From positions 3,737 through 67,736 of the forward strand of contig JAQGDQ010001049.1 in NCBI GenBank assembly GCA_030141605.1: a DNA stretch of 64,000 nt, read 5' to 3'. Below the pieces are notes generated by a model that saw only the letters and a program-made list of their open reading frames with translations, did not search any database and had not been told where the DNA came from. This document shows positions 1 to 20,605 of the stretch, piece by piece. The DNA comes from Tubiluchus corallicola (taxonomy: Eukaryota; Animalia; Priapulida). How positions within the stretch are numbered: the stretch's first letter is position 1; every line of letters starts with the position of its first letter. The position numbers were made by a program, and so were the translations under genes.

Positions 1-361
1 ACAGTGCAGAAAGCGTCTTTGGTTACCGATGTTTGTTTACCTATTTTTAGTGACCTCGCGACCGTAATCAAAACGTCATTCGTCTCGCGTAACCAAAAAT
101 GGCGGTTTTCCGAATTTAACACTGCTAACAACGAAGTGACAAAAATCGAAAGAAACAAGTTTTACAATAAATTGATAATAAAATAAATTTAATATTCATA
201 GGATTTTAAATTGTAAAAGCTTATAGTTATAGTGAGGGTTTAGTTTGATTTTAAACCCATGCAAAGCTGCAATTTTTCTTACAAATTAGAGCTGAGGATT
301 AGAGAAACTAGAGAAAGAGACCTTCAAAAAACTTATTAGTCAAACTGTTAATTTTGTATAG

Positions 362-510
362 GTTGGACTCCATCAACGCCAATGATAGCATTTTACCTGG
401 TGTGAAACTGGGTACGTTGGTACTAGACAGTTGTAATAAAGAATCTACTGCGCTTGCGCAATCATTCCGTTTCTTGCCAGAAAGTGCAAAAGAAAGTAAT
501 AATTCTGAAG
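362..510 (+). CDS. GPCR A exon (VFT N-terminal part)
   Basis: Boundaries tatag|G...GAAG|gtaaat. Encodes [38 protein letters not shown]. Missed by the ORF track. Confidence 0.9.
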
Positions 511-3500
511 GTAAATGACAGATTTTTAATAGATTCGGTTTCCATCAATTATGTTTACACTTATGTAAGTCACCTATTTATCAGGTTTTTCAGTTTTTTT
601 GGGATTTACTTGTAAATCAACGTATAAACAGTCTAGCATGATTATTGCAATAGATCTTTGGTTTTAGGGCTAAATTACGCATAAAGCCTATGATACACCA
701 AAGAGTTTAGCGTCTGGAAACGAGAAAGAACATATATTTTAGCAGTGGACGATGAAACCAAAGGTTTTGGCAACGACATTAAGAAGCCAGACGCTAGAAG
801 CTCTTTCTATTCCTCGAGCGTCTGGCATCCAACGTCCAGCGTCTGTTCCTCAACCAGCTATTGATGATTGTGCCTGTTACTACACAAATAAATAACGTAA
901 AAAAAGAAGCATCGAAGAATAAATGTAATATTGTGTTTTTTGCGAAGAAAATGGAGGTTGGACACCAAATGCTTTGTTGTTAGCTCAGTTACCTAGTGAA
1001 CGGCTAGACGCTGGATCATGGAAGCTAGCAACTCGATGCGGAACGCTTTGCAGCTTTGGTGTATCATAGGCTTAATTAAAGGAAGAGCCAATTATTTTTG
1101 AATTTGAACTCCATATACATGTCGTTCTTTTCCACTTTGCTCAAATCCGTCTCGTAGTCAGAGTATTGAAAATTCCTTTCGATTCTGTTTATAGTAAGAT
1201 ATAGTACAAAAATAATTTTTATTCTTGTAAAATGTTTTACTGAGTTTTTAAATCGCATTTTAACTCCGAGTAGGATTTTAGGCTGAGGCTCTTGATAGCG
1301 TGGACTTCAGATACTAAAAAAGTCTACCATAATCCTAAGTACTCGAATAAACAATTGCTTGTTAAACATATATGCAGGGCCGAATTATCCTACGGGCTAG
1401 TGTGGATGCACCCTTGGGCTCCTCAAGCTTGGGGTCCCTCAAACTTTGGTAACATTTGTTAAAAACCTGTTTTTTCGTCACCGTTGTGTTGAAATATGTG
1501 ATAAATTGGTTTGCAACAAGTAATAAAATAATGGTATTTCTTAAAGAATATTTATACGAACAAGAATATCTATTGACGAACAACAGATGGCTCTTCTAGT
1601 TTGTTTAGGAAATTTGCAATAAGTTTACTTCAGACAATATAAATGTCGCTAAAATATATACCATTAAAAATATAATGATATAAAATGTCATGATATAAAA
1701 AGCATCACTAGCCAAAAATATTCAAGACGGTTGTGGGCGAATTAGAGCGTGGCTTAATCTGATGGGGCCCCATAATTTTATTAGTCTAGGGCCGTTATAA
1801 TCCGGCCGTGCATATATGAAATACTGCTGCTAATTGTTCTTCTGTAGGTGACGAAATTATTCCAAAAGTTGTTGGTTTGGTCGGTGACGCTAGAACACCA
1901 GCATCTATATTAATGGCTCCTCTATTGATGGTGTATCAGATACCACAGATTAGGTAAGAGTTGCGTGATGCTCAACTGGTCAACTCCGCTTACTGGACAA
2001 GAGTTTTCTTGGTGATAAAATTTATTACGATCAGAGTTGCCATTTTCCTTGTTTAATTCAAATCGCATCTGTCAGTTAATGGTCAATTATTTGGTTTTTC
2101 CTATAGACATGCATAATAATCAGGCCTATTTTTGTTGAAATGTAAAAAATGGTAGACAAAAGTGTAGGCCTAGCTAATAATGTTGGAAGGATTTTACAAT
2201 TCTCCACACAATTTAAATGCTAACTGTAACCCTAACCTTAACCTTAACTCTAACCCTAACCCTAATCCGTTTCACGAACTAATTTCTTGTGTGTGGAGAA
2301 TTGTAAATTTTAGCTATAGCGTTTCTATGTTTTCAAAATAATACATCCATGTCTGTATCTAGGACTTTTGCCAACGTGAATATCGAAAGATGGTACCATA
2401 TTTTATAGGATTCTAACGGCACGTTTAGACTAGCGAGTTTTTTCACCAAGTAACTCGCAAGTACGTTCAGACTAGAGAGCAAAACTTGCTAGGAATTATT
2501 CATAGACAATAATCACGAGCTGATACTTAGTTCTCTATTCACTGCGAGAAGTGTCGAGAGTAACTTGCCGAGGCATTCACAATAGACAGTAATTCGCAGG
2601 CAATCAACTCGCAACAACTGTCAGAGTAACTTGCCAACAGTAACTCGCAAAGCAGTTCGCGCTTGCAAGTTTGCTGTCAGAGGGAAAACTAGTGACTGAA
2701 AACTCGTTAGTCTGAACGTGTCGTAAGACGTTTCAAAGCATTCTTAGTTTTCAATTTCAATATTTTAATCAAATTTAAACTGCACATTGTGATTTCTTTA
2801 TACAGATTATTGTACTTATGGTTTGAAACTGTGATACAGTTTATAACAGTTTGAAAATTTTAGATTCACTGAAGATTTGGAAATGAAAAGGCCCTGTGAA
2901 AAACAAAACAAATTGCTTAAAAAATTCACACTGCACAGTATGTATTTATTTATTTTTTTTGAATTTCAGTTATTGGGCTACGAATGACATCCTAAGTGAC
3001 ACTGACCGGTATTCTTACTTCTTTCGGACGATTCTACCAGACAGATTCCAAGTCCAGTCAATGATGGATGTTGTGTCCAATTTTGGTTGGACTTACATCT
3101 CCTTCGTTTATCTTGATGATCCTTATGGCCACAATGCCCTCAAACGTGTAAGGTAAATAAATCTCGCAGTTTCTACTTACAATAAACTAATTTGAAAATA
3201 AAACATGAAAGTATAGTTCACATGAAAAAACCTGATGTCATTTTGATTAAGGTTCGCTATTTTGGTGTTGAACAGCCCCAAAATACATGACCAAATGCAG
3301 ACCTACTGTGCTTGTATTAAAGTTATTTTGTTACTTTGTTCACAGTTACTTTGTGAATAGAAATACATTAAATTTTCTCCACTTGTGAGAGTTCATTTTT
3401 GAAAATAATAATAATTATTGCAATTTCTGAATAATTTCTGAATTTCTTAAAATGTCATTTTTTAAAAAAAATCACTAGCGCTATCAAAGTGCTATTTAGT

Positions 3501-5769
3501 TTAGACCACCTGCAGTATCTATTACAAAAAACTGTTTCCTTTAAAACCGTTTTTCTTCTACCTCAAACAGATAGCGTTGAATTCAGAAATAGATCATTGG
3601 TGGGATTTCTGCGAATCCTAGTTTGTATCAGTTCTTAGTTTGTTGGTGGTAATGACCTATCCTGTTTATTTGTTGCAGAGTAATAGCAGCCGAGAGAGGT
3701 ATTTGTCTAGCTGCCACCAGGATGATTCTCTACACAGAGGATAAAGAGAAGGACTTTGATGCTGTCGCTGACGACCTCATTGCCCATTGGAATGCCAGGA
3801 TTGTCATCATGTTCATGTTTGATCCCTTCCCCAATGGCATCTTCCGGGCTCTGCAGAGGAGAGGTGCCCTAGGTCATTTCGTATTCTTTGCCTCTGATGG
3901 TTGGGGCATCACTGCTCAAGAACTCAAGGGTTATGAAGACGTTGTCCAAGGGATGTTTGGTTTTCATGCGTTTACTCAACCTTCAGAAAAACTTCTCGAT
4001 CACATCAAGCAACTCAAACTGGAGGACGAGAAATACAATCCCTGGTTCACACAGTACTGGGAAGACTATCACGACTGTAGTCTGTTTCATTTATCTTTGC
4101 TGAATGATGGAAAGGTTTTTACTACAAATCCTCGTAAACCAGCATGTTTAGGCAACGAGACATTTTCGGATCATCCTGCCCTCGAGTACACATCGGTGCT
4201 AATTGTTGATCCTGTTTATGTGTTTGCAAATGCTCTGCACGAAATCCGGGAAGAAAATTGCCCAGGTGCAGTTGGGGAGGAATTGAGAAGGTGCATTCCT
4301 GGAAAACGACTGAAGAAAAAACTGCAAACTGGAACATTTCAAAGTCCAGGTGGTGAAATTAAATTTGACGAATCTGGAGATGTCAAAGGAAAATATCAGA
4401 TCAATAACCTCATACGAAACAAAAATGGCGCTTACGAAATGGTCAGACTGGGATACTGGGATTACCTTACGGAAAGTCTTCGTCTAAATTATGACGTCAT
4501 ACAATGGCCGTTAGATCACAATGGCGTGGATACTCCTGAATCAGTGTGTAGCCATCCATGTCCTCCTCGACATTACAGAGTACAACAAGAAGTTCATTGT
4601 TGTTGGGACTGCAGACCTTGTAGACCTAACGAATACATAACAGGTAAGACAAATGTAGTTACAAGAACTACAGAAGTTTGATTTTGACAAGAGTCACAGT
4701 TAGTCAAAATACAACTAAATAAGTTTACCAAAAAATGCAAACTGATTGACGGGTTAGCTCAGGGACCAACTGTAAATCATTTCTGTGTACCAAGGTTCTG
4801 CACCTTCTTTGCTTATAAATTTAAGCATAAAAATGAAATAGGATATTTTTGCTACCTATTAATTTTGAGGGCCTCAATACAATAACAGTATGGTACTAGT
4901 AATGTAAATACTGTAAATCATTTTATACGATTTTGCAGAAGATGGGCGAGACTGTTTACCCTGTGAATTGTTTTACTGGCCAAACCATGTCAATGGGACT
5001 GCCTGTGAGGAAATACTTCCAACATTTCTGCAATGGCACAATCCTCTGGCTATTGTCGTTACTATATTGTCAACAGTTGGAATATTTACTGCCCTAGTTG
5101 CTGGTTCAATCTTTGTTAAAGTATGGTTTTTGTAGTTATTAATAAAAAAGATGTAAGATATATTTTATTTGAGTAATATAAAATGCATTTTTTGATGGGT
5201 TGTGAAAACGATTGACGATCGCAGATTGCATAGAAAAAGTAACACCAAATTCACAATGTTTTTCTGATTTTTCTGCCATGTAGAACTATTTAAAGCGTCC
5301 CTGTTACATAAAACTGCATGTTCTTTTACGAGCTAATTACAGCTTCTTAGTGATTAGTGATTAGTTGAAAACAAGGAGCTAGAATGCAGTACAATAGCTT
5401 GAACAGTGAATTTTTTTATGTTTGCAGAACAAGAATGAGCGGCTCATCAAAGCATGCAGCAGAGAGTTGAGTTTTCTCATGTGGGTGGGAATCATGGCTT
5501 CATGTCTTGTTGTTTTTGCCATGTTGAAGAAGCCCACAGAAATCAGCTGTTACGTCACACATTTTGGGTTTCATCTCTCCTTCACTATAATCTACTCTCC
5601 TCTGCTCTCCAGAACAAACAGAATCTACAGGATATTTGCATCAGGGAAAAGAGGAAGAAAACAGCCTGGATTCGTTAGTCCAAAAGCTCAAATTTTTTTG
5701 TCAACAGTACTGATGCTGATACAGGTTTGATTAACACAGTTATTGATAACGCAATTGAATCTTTCGTAC

Positions 5770-5856
<87 letters not shown>

Positions 5857-6849
5857 GAGCGAGAGAGGGGGAAGAACGAGAGAGAAAACTGAAGAAACGA
5901 AATAAAAACTCAGTATTTGGGTTTGTGATATGACAGACTTATGAATATGACAGAATATGTGGTCCCAAATGAGTATACATCTAAATAATTCCTCATACAC
6001 TTTTCACAACTATTCAAAGTCTACAAAATTTTACAACGCGTTTACAAACTGTTGTTTAAAAACGACAGCGGGTTTAGATTTGACTGAAGCAGGCACAACA
6101 GTTTTGCGTTATTTACGTTTGTGCACGAAGTACTTTACTTTTGCTTTACTTTGACCATTTTATCTTCAGGTTGTATTCAATGTTGCCTGGGCTGTAGTAT
6201 TTCCACCAGGTACAGAGAAAATAATGAGGGTTCTGACGGAGAATCACGTTGAACTAACATGCCGTACCTCCGCTCCAGCTTTCTTAACTTCTCTTGCTTA
6301 CAACGTACTGCTTTGCGTCTTGTGCAGGTATGTATTGACATCTACGATACTTCAGCTCACTTCATAATTAATTAAATAGAAATTTAGTACTGTGTTGACA
6401 CCAACGTATAGTGATTGTCTTCAAGTTGCCGTTTTTTCAGCTATTACGCATTCAGGACACGCAAGCTACCAGACAACTTCAATGAATCTCGTTTCATCAG
6501 CTTTTGCGTCTACACAACCCTCGTCATGTGGATCGCTTTCATTCCCAGCTACTATGTTGGCAGCACCGTCATCTATCAGACAGTTTGTTTGTCTTTGGCT
6601 CTCCTTCTCAATGCCCTCGTTTGTTTATTGTGTCTCTTTTTCCCAAAGATCTACGCCCTGCATTTTGTGTCCGATGATGAGTTGAACATTAAAGGAGGCA
6701 TTACCATGGGAACACAGATAATGTCAGTTAGCGTAAGTTCCTCATCAAGACCAGCAAATGCCACTACCATCAAAGTGGTTCACGGAAAGGCATCTGTTGA
6801 TAATACTGGTCATCTTCTCCCCAATCAGGTTTTGGTGAACAGTAGATAA
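362..6849 (+). CDS. Class C GPCR, mGluR-like paralogue A (5'-partial; 8 exons in window)
   Basis: Exons 362-510, 1848-1953, 2970-3152, 3679-4643, 4939-5120, 5428-5724, 6170-6327 and 6441-6849. All have GT-AG boundaries with compatible phases. Motifs: Venus flytrap ([50 protein letters not shown]), 9-Cys domain (PESVCSHPC...CCWDCRPC...CLPC...C) and 7TM ([29 protein letters not shown]). AATAAA at 6852. Confidence 0.93.
685..1072. mobile_element. PIF/Harbinger-type MITE in GPCR A intron
   Basis: Terminal inverted repeats AGCCTATGATACACCAAAG / CTTTGGTGTATCATAGGCT with a flanking TAA 3-bp duplication. Confidence 0.75.
1375..1810. mobile_element. hAT-type MITE in GPCR A intron
   Basis: Ends CAGGGCCGAATTA / TAATCCGGCCGTG. 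Perfect 8-bp target site duplication CATATATG at 1367-1374 and 1811-1818. Confidence 0.8.
1848..1953 (+). CDS. GPCR A exon (VFT lobe I, ligand pocket)
   Basis: Boundaries tgtag|GT...AG|gtaaga. Encodes [35 protein letters not shown]. Confidence 0.9.
2193..2307. repeat. Small hairpin element with an internal telomere-like (TAACCC)n tract
   Basis: 18-bp inverted repeat TTTACAATTCTCCACACA / TGTGTGGAGAATTGTAAA around ~6 imperfect TAACCC/TAACCT units. Confidence 0.7.
2417..2723. mobile_element. Harbinger-type MITE
   Basis: Imperfect TIRs CGGCACGTTTAGACTAGCGAGTTTT / AAAACTCGTTAGTCTGAACGTGTCG, with TAA on both flanks and internal AACTCGCAA-like repeats. Confidence 0.7.
2970..3152 (+). CDS. GPCR A exon (183 nt)
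   Basis: Encodes [27 protein letters not shown]...DDPYG. Same size as paralogue B exon 34443-34625. Confidence 0.92.
3679..4643 (+). CDS. GPCR A large exon (965 nt; VFT lobe II to Cys-rich domain)
   Basis: Boundaries ttgcag|A...ACAG|gtaag. This exon is 965 nt in all three paralogues. Confidence 0.95.
4939..5120 (+). CDS. GPCR A exon (end of Cys-rich domain + TM1, 182 nt)
   Basis: Encodes [50 protein letters not shown]. Confidence 0.92.
5428..5724 (+). CDS. GPCR A exon (TM2-TM4, 297 nt)
   Basis: Encodes [21 protein letters not shown]...[10 protein letters not shown]...LMLIQ, followed by a GT donor. Confidence 0.93.
5770..5870. repeat. (GA)n microsatellite
   Basis: Directly visible. Explains the ERERER/SLSLSL ORFs. 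Confidence 0.95.
6170..6327 (+). CDS. GPCR A exon (TM4-ECL2-TM5, 158 nt)
   Basis: Encodes [14 protein letters not shown]...HVELTC...[14 protein letters not shown]. Confidence 0.92.
6441..6849 (+). CDS. GPCR A terminal exon (TM6-TM7, C-tail)
   Basis: Encodes [38 protein letters not shown]...FFPKIY. Stop TAA at 6847-6849. Confidence 0.93.
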
Positions 6850-7660
6850 TTAATAAAGTTGCTAAGTTAAACTGTCAGCTATGAATCCAGTGTCCTCGTG
6901 TTTAGGATTTTTGCTTTCTGGAAGTATGTTATCATTGTATGCCCCATTTAAAACAAATTGTAGTATGAAGCCTCCAATATGTTACTTTTCAGATAGCCTA
7001 CGTAGTAAATAAACACTCGCCAAGCCAGACATATACATATAACCCTCATTTTATCAAAGGAGTTATTTACTACTGCTACTACTTGTAAATAATTATTTAT
7101 TAGATGGTATGTTGTTAAGTTTTAATTTAGATATTTGAAATTGCACTCAGGGATGTTACAACAGTATTGAATGTCAGTTGTCTTATCATGAAACTGATAA
7201 ATACTGACTTACTCATAATAATTTGATACATTGAGCTGATACCTTAAACATTAAGCTGATATAATGTCGAATATCATCAAAAGTGTGGTGAGACCGGAAG
7301 AACTAAGCCGACATGACCAATGTATAGATTAAATATGGCCTACTGTGCACACTACTGCGTTTGTTACCACCCGCTAGAAGTGGGGGAATTCCTCCAGGTA
7401 CTATCAGAGTTAAATTAGCAGACTTTTAAGATAAATAAATATTGTTTCTTTTCTTTTTTCTTCCTCGTTTCCTCTCTCTTTTCCTTTCCATTTTCCTGCT
7501 TTCCTCGTGTCTATCTCTCAGGTTCCCTTTCTTTCATCTTCTTTTGTTTTTTTCCACGCCCTCTCTTCCCCCTTTCCCCCTCTTACTTTCTCTCACCCGC
7601 ACACCCACACCCACACTCTTACTCTCTCTCTGTTTCTCTATCTCTGTCACTTCACTCGTT

Positions 7661-7664
<4 letters not shown>

Positions 7665-7710
<46 letters not shown>
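7665..7710. repeat. (CT)n microsatellite after a pyrimidine-rich tract
   Basis: Directly visible. Confidence 0.95.
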
Positions 7711-7713
<3 letters not shown>

Positions 7714-7842
7714 ATAGCAAGTAATAACGATGCTATTAACGATAGTTTACGTTCAATAATAAATTGTTAATGTTATTCGTGTCGATTGTTAATGTTATAA
7801 TATATATGTTCATATATATATATACGCCAGTAAATTGTTTTC

Positions 7843-8450
7843 TGATTTGATTTGATTGATTTTTAGTCTTTATTGCAAACTCTATGTTCATACATACAAA
7901 AATACATTCAGGGCAAAAATTGCAACCAACGATTATACGATGTTTACAATTATAATGACTTAGTTACTAACACACAAAATAAATGAATGATTAACTATAA
8001 AAAATTACATAAACAAAAGAAGTTATATACATTTCTTTCTAATGGAACAACTGAAGAAAGCATCACATTTTTTGATTTCTGAAAGTCATTGCTTGTAACT
8101 ATGAATAATAGGTACAGGTTCATCAACAAAAGCCCACAATAACCCACTTATGTCTATAATAGATAAATGCATGGAACACATTAACTTAAAAGCAGCTATA
8201 CTTTAACTAATAGATGATATTTCGCCTTGTTAGTGAGCTCTCACAGCGCTTATGAACTAATAATGCTGGTTGCAGTCATATAAACACATTGACAATAGAT
8301 TTTTACCAAACGCGTATAAATACATAGGATTTTTGCATTATTAAATTAAAACAAGTTATAATGGTTTACGCACTTATACCTGCCTGAGAGGTTTCCTTAT
8401 TAGTAGATAATGAGGCTCCAAGTTTGGAGGATCGAAGTAAATTGCAGCTG
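7843..8450 (-). mobile_element. Possible degraded non-LTR retrotransposon 3' end
   Basis: The minus strand has AATAAA followed by an (AAATC)n tail. Upstream is a decayed FFSC..RK-like segment. Confidence 0.3.
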
Positions 8451-8619
8451 ATAATATAATAGACGAGTTTTTCACGAAGTTAGTTGTTTCTCATTATGTT
8501 TGTTTGGCAGCGAAGAATGATACTTGTTACCATCGATTACATTTCATCACTTATTATCGCGCTAACTATAATAACATTTCATTAACGCTCTTACTTTAAC
8601 GATTTGATTTTCAACAGTG

Positions 8620-8770
8620 GTTATCATCATCATCGTCGTCGTCATCATCATCATCATCGTCATCATCATCGTCGTCATCGTCATCGTCATCATCATTATC
8701 ATCATCGTCATCATCATCGTCGTCGTCATCGTCATCATCATCATCATCGTCATTATCATCATCATTATTA
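8620..8770. repeat. (ATC/GTC)n trinucleotide microsatellite
   Basis: Directly visible. Confidence 0.95.
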
Positions 8771-10097
8771 ATCACTAAAGTAATAAAATAAATAAGTGAA
8801 ACAGTGCTGAATTAAAAAACTTAATGTGACAAGAAAATAGTTTCAGCTAGAGTGGGATAATCATGACTGTAGAGATTAGGTAGTTTAAGTTGTCTTAAAA
8901 GCAATATCCAAGAAAAAAACAAGAAGGCTCTGCAGTGTGTTGTATATTAATTACATTTGCGACAAAACGTTTACGACTATGTAGTTTTTTAGCCAATTCG
9001 ACTAAGTTAATTACACGCATTCAACGCTCAATCAGCCGCGATTGTGTAAACAGATGCTGAAGAAGATACTGTATTGCTAAGTGCAGTTGAAGTGTAAACA
9101 CGATACCCTGCTGAAGATGAAATTCCCATGTAATTGCATTTCTTAATTTCTTCCTTAAAAATTTACAAAATTATGCTGCTTGCGCAGAAGCGGGGATAAT
9201 CGGTATGACAACCGGACAAACTGAGGGAGGAAATTCGAGACAGAACAGAAGGAAGGAAGGATAGCTTAAACAAAGGGAAGCGTATAAACAAAAGAAAATT
9301 AACTAATTACAAAATTATCAATAAGTGTGCAATAAATATCAAAACACATTTTTTCAAGATTTTTGATGTTAGTTGTACGCAAGGCCTGCATACAAATTAA
9401 TTAAAGCGCAAAAACTAATTAGTGTGAACAGTAAGAAAATAATAAACGCTTTATTTTACAAAACATGAACACAAATACAATTAACAAATCATATACTTAA
9501 AAAAACAACGCATACAGGAACACGTCTCTACGAATACAGAGCTCCTTTTAAGCGTATTTGATTAAAAAATATACCATAATTTGTAACAAACACAACCACT
9601 TATACACAGTAAGAAGCAGCTATTAGTAATTGTAATTCTCTGAACTTATTACACTGCAGAAATATTGATTTTCCTGCAGAGTACTTGTCACCTTGAATAA
9701 ATCGATCAACCAAGCGACGCACAGACAACAGAAACTGACGTGTAAGTGGATGCTGATGATTTGCTCTCAAAATACAAAATGTTTAGGAATAAATGCTAGA
9801 GGTATAATGCTAAATATTGCTAATCTATGCTTGTAGCTAGGGTGCTGGCCATGGAATGGTTCTAAGGTCATTTCAAACGAGACAGCTAAATAAAACATCA
9901 TCATACAATAATCGCAGCAGCTACCGCCCCATAACAATTTCGTGCTGCTTCGGAAAATTAGTGGAAAGACACGTGAGCGTGGGTTAAGATTTTTGAGCAA
10001 CGCAGTTTACTAGACATCGGACAGGAAGGCTTCATACATAAGCGCAATACCACGCGATAAAGTGTAAGAGTATTATCACATATTGAGAATGCCCTAA

Positions 10098-17460
<7,363 letters not shown>

Positions 17461-19949
17461 TGTTGAAAATATTTATAAACATCAAGGATAGGTTATCATG
17501 ACTATTATGTTTCTTCGAAACTGTAGGACAGAAACAAAACTCCGCAGATTGGTAAAGGTACAGTAGTTTCTATTAGTTTCAAAATAATTTTAACAGATGT
17601 CTACACAGAACTGTAACCGGTTAGAATGTTATGTATGACCAAAGCTTGCAGCGTCCTCTATTGACGAGAAAAACGTACATCATAAGCTTGTGGTCCTTTA
17701 AGTGCAGATTTTGCGTTTCTTTGCAGGCAGTTTACTTAAATCTTTAACCGTCATAGTCACACGTTGTTTGCCATTAAGAGAAGACCCTTTTCTTCAAATA
17801 GTCTTGTAGCACCACTGACCTTACGTTTTAGTTCACATATACATCTTCAATCTTTTTTGTAGAGTCTTACGTTTTAGAAACCCACACACCCACACAGACA
17901 GCGCCAAAGAAACACTGATTATATTAAGAAACCTGTCTTTCAAATATTTTGCCTATAGATTCCTAATAGCTTGCACGTGTAACTTGCATCCCATTTTGCA
18001 ATGCAGAATTGCTAGTGAACATACCTAGGCAAGCTGATTATCAGTAAAAATGAGAAAGACCACACCCCGTGTGACATGTCAGGTAATTTACGATTGTCGT
18101 CGAGGGCAGGTGTTACACATTCGTGTACGAAGACATTAGCCGAATGATTAAAGCAATGAAATTTGCAGGTAAAATAAATTTGATTGGCTGTGAGATGTTA
18201 GCTCATTGCAATTGATGATGGAAATTAGTCTTTATGGATAACAGTAACGGTAGACGGAAACGTATAGAAACGAGTTTGGCTGAATATTCTTAATGGTCAT
18301 GGACTTAACAGGCAATCGACATGTTCAAACAGTTTTTATATTTTGTATAACCGAGCATTTTGATTTGGTTTTAGTACACAAATAAATTTCCATGCTTTTG
18401 AATGATGTAACACGGTAAATAACTCAAAGATCTCGAAAAACATCTGTAGCTATTATCAGTTTACTGTAAACAGGAGGCGGATTAAGAGTTTCATTGGCTT
18501 AATTCTACCAACAAAAAGGAAGGCCTAAACGAAGAGACTCGTGTATAGGTGAGCTTGCCATCAAACTTCTTGAAAACTATAAAAAATGTTAATTCTTACG
18601 GAGCTGTTCTTTGGTTTTTGTATAAATTTATCAATGGCCTTTGTCGTTATTTGTGATGAATGGGAATGATTTTGTCTGTGTTAATCAGAAGCCGAGTTGC
18701 TGTTCGTCTTTGACGCTTCCTCTGATGAAGATTCTAAAACGTTGCACAATGAGAAATATACTGCACATGTCTAAATGTCCCACTGTTTACCGTTGTCGAA
18801 TCCTTAGGTCTAATGTGCCCAAATAAATAAATCCAAATGACACACGTGTGCAAATAACCTATGTGCCCAAATTGCCTATGTGGCCAATACTACTAGAGTC
18901 TAAACGCTTTGTGGTGAAGGAATCTGTGTCGAAACATGTGGGTCTACAGTGAAAAATGAAGTATTTTGTGCACAATATAAGGCTCAGTAGATCAAGTGGC
19001 TTCCTGGCAAGGCATGAAATAGGAAAACAAATAAAAGCTACTTGTCTTTGGCATGTTCAAATTAAATAATTTTGTTATCCTATTTACGAAATAGCGTTAT
19101 AGAGATATACATTATCTCTGTCTATTGGACATCGGTCTCAGAACTCCGAGGGCCTAATGGTTAATCCAGCTGTGCTATAAGCATCAAAAATTGCAAGAGC
19201 AGAGCTCTGACAGCGGCCTCCATGCTCATACTTTGCAATGCTTTGGATGTAGCTTGAAATGTCACTACTGATGGTAAACCAGGTAGAGTAAAGGGAAAAT
19301 GTTTTGGCTTGTTTTAAGTGGTTCAACCGTTCTTTTTCATGGCTCTGCAAAACTTGTTTGTATAAATACGATTTTTTGAAGATTTATTTGTATATATGTA
19401 TACTTATATACAAATAAGCCTTTATATTAGTATATATCATATATACAAAAATATTATATATATTTTTATATATAAATATACATATAATATATTTATATAT
19501 AATTATAGATTTATATGTATATATAAATATCTTTTTTTGCCATAAGATAATGATAGTATACATTATATAAATGTGAAATATCATTCAGTGACTGCCTGTC
19601 ATTAATGGGCTACACTGCTAATAAGCAAATGCGTCTGTTGCAAAAATTAAAAACACAAGTGCAGTAAGAGAGCATAAAAACACAAGTATTAAAGTAAAAA
19701 ATGATACAAGCTATAGCAAAACACTCCTATCTAAAAAAAACTAAAGCACACTTTTACAAATGCATACTCAGTTAACACAATACGTATCATAGAGGTAATA
19801 TACACACGTATCAGTTTGTAAAATTGAAATGCTGAATTTATACCAATAATGTCTTGTTCAAGGCACTGTAATGCCACATTGATATTTTCATAATATTGAT
19901 ATTTTCATTGATATTTTAGAAATGTAAATATCATGAGGAGATGGTAATC

Positions 19950-20605
19950 AGTCTTGGAAAAAGTGCAAGTACATGGGCACTTTCCTTAGCACCGAAGATG
20001 ACATTAAAAGCAGAAAGTAACAAGCAAGGCATGCTTTTCTTCAGCACAAGAATGTATTAACTAGCAAGAAATTAAGTCTTAACTTAAGACTTCGATTATT
20101 TAATGCTTACGTTACCAGCATATTTATGTACAACAGCGAAACCTGGGGTTTAACGATTACTCAAGAAGAGCAAATTGATACATTTCATAGAAGTCTTCTT
20201 CGGAAAGTTTTAAAGATAAGATGGCCATACATAATCAAAAATGAAGATTTATGCATCAGAACAAAAGAAATTTATCGGAGTTCAAAAGTCAAGATCAGAA
20301 GATTAAGATGGCTAGGACATCTTCTAATATTACCAAAAGAAGCACCAGTAAGAATCGCCTTAAAGAAAGCGTTAAAACCTTGCAAAAAACCACCTGGCAA
20401 ACCTAAAACAACTTGGATAGCTAAGACAAATAAAGATGTTCAACATCTTCAACCAAATCTATCTTTAGGAGCAGATGAACTTACGCTGTTAGCTGCAGAT
20501 AGAAGTGAGTGGAATACTCTTATAAATGTTGATAGCTCAATGCCTACAATAGGTGGAATGAGATTTAGAAGAAATATATTTTGGCGTCATCGGCATACTG
20601 GGTGA
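19950..20605 (+). mobile_element. 5'-truncated RTE-like LINE (C-terminal part of the RT ORF), disrupted
   Basis: Encodes KCKYMGTF...RK*...LRLRLFNAYVTSIFMYNSETW...FHRSLLRKVLKIRW...RRLRWLGHL...PGKPKTTW...DRSEW. In-frame stop near 20018. Confidence 0.85.
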
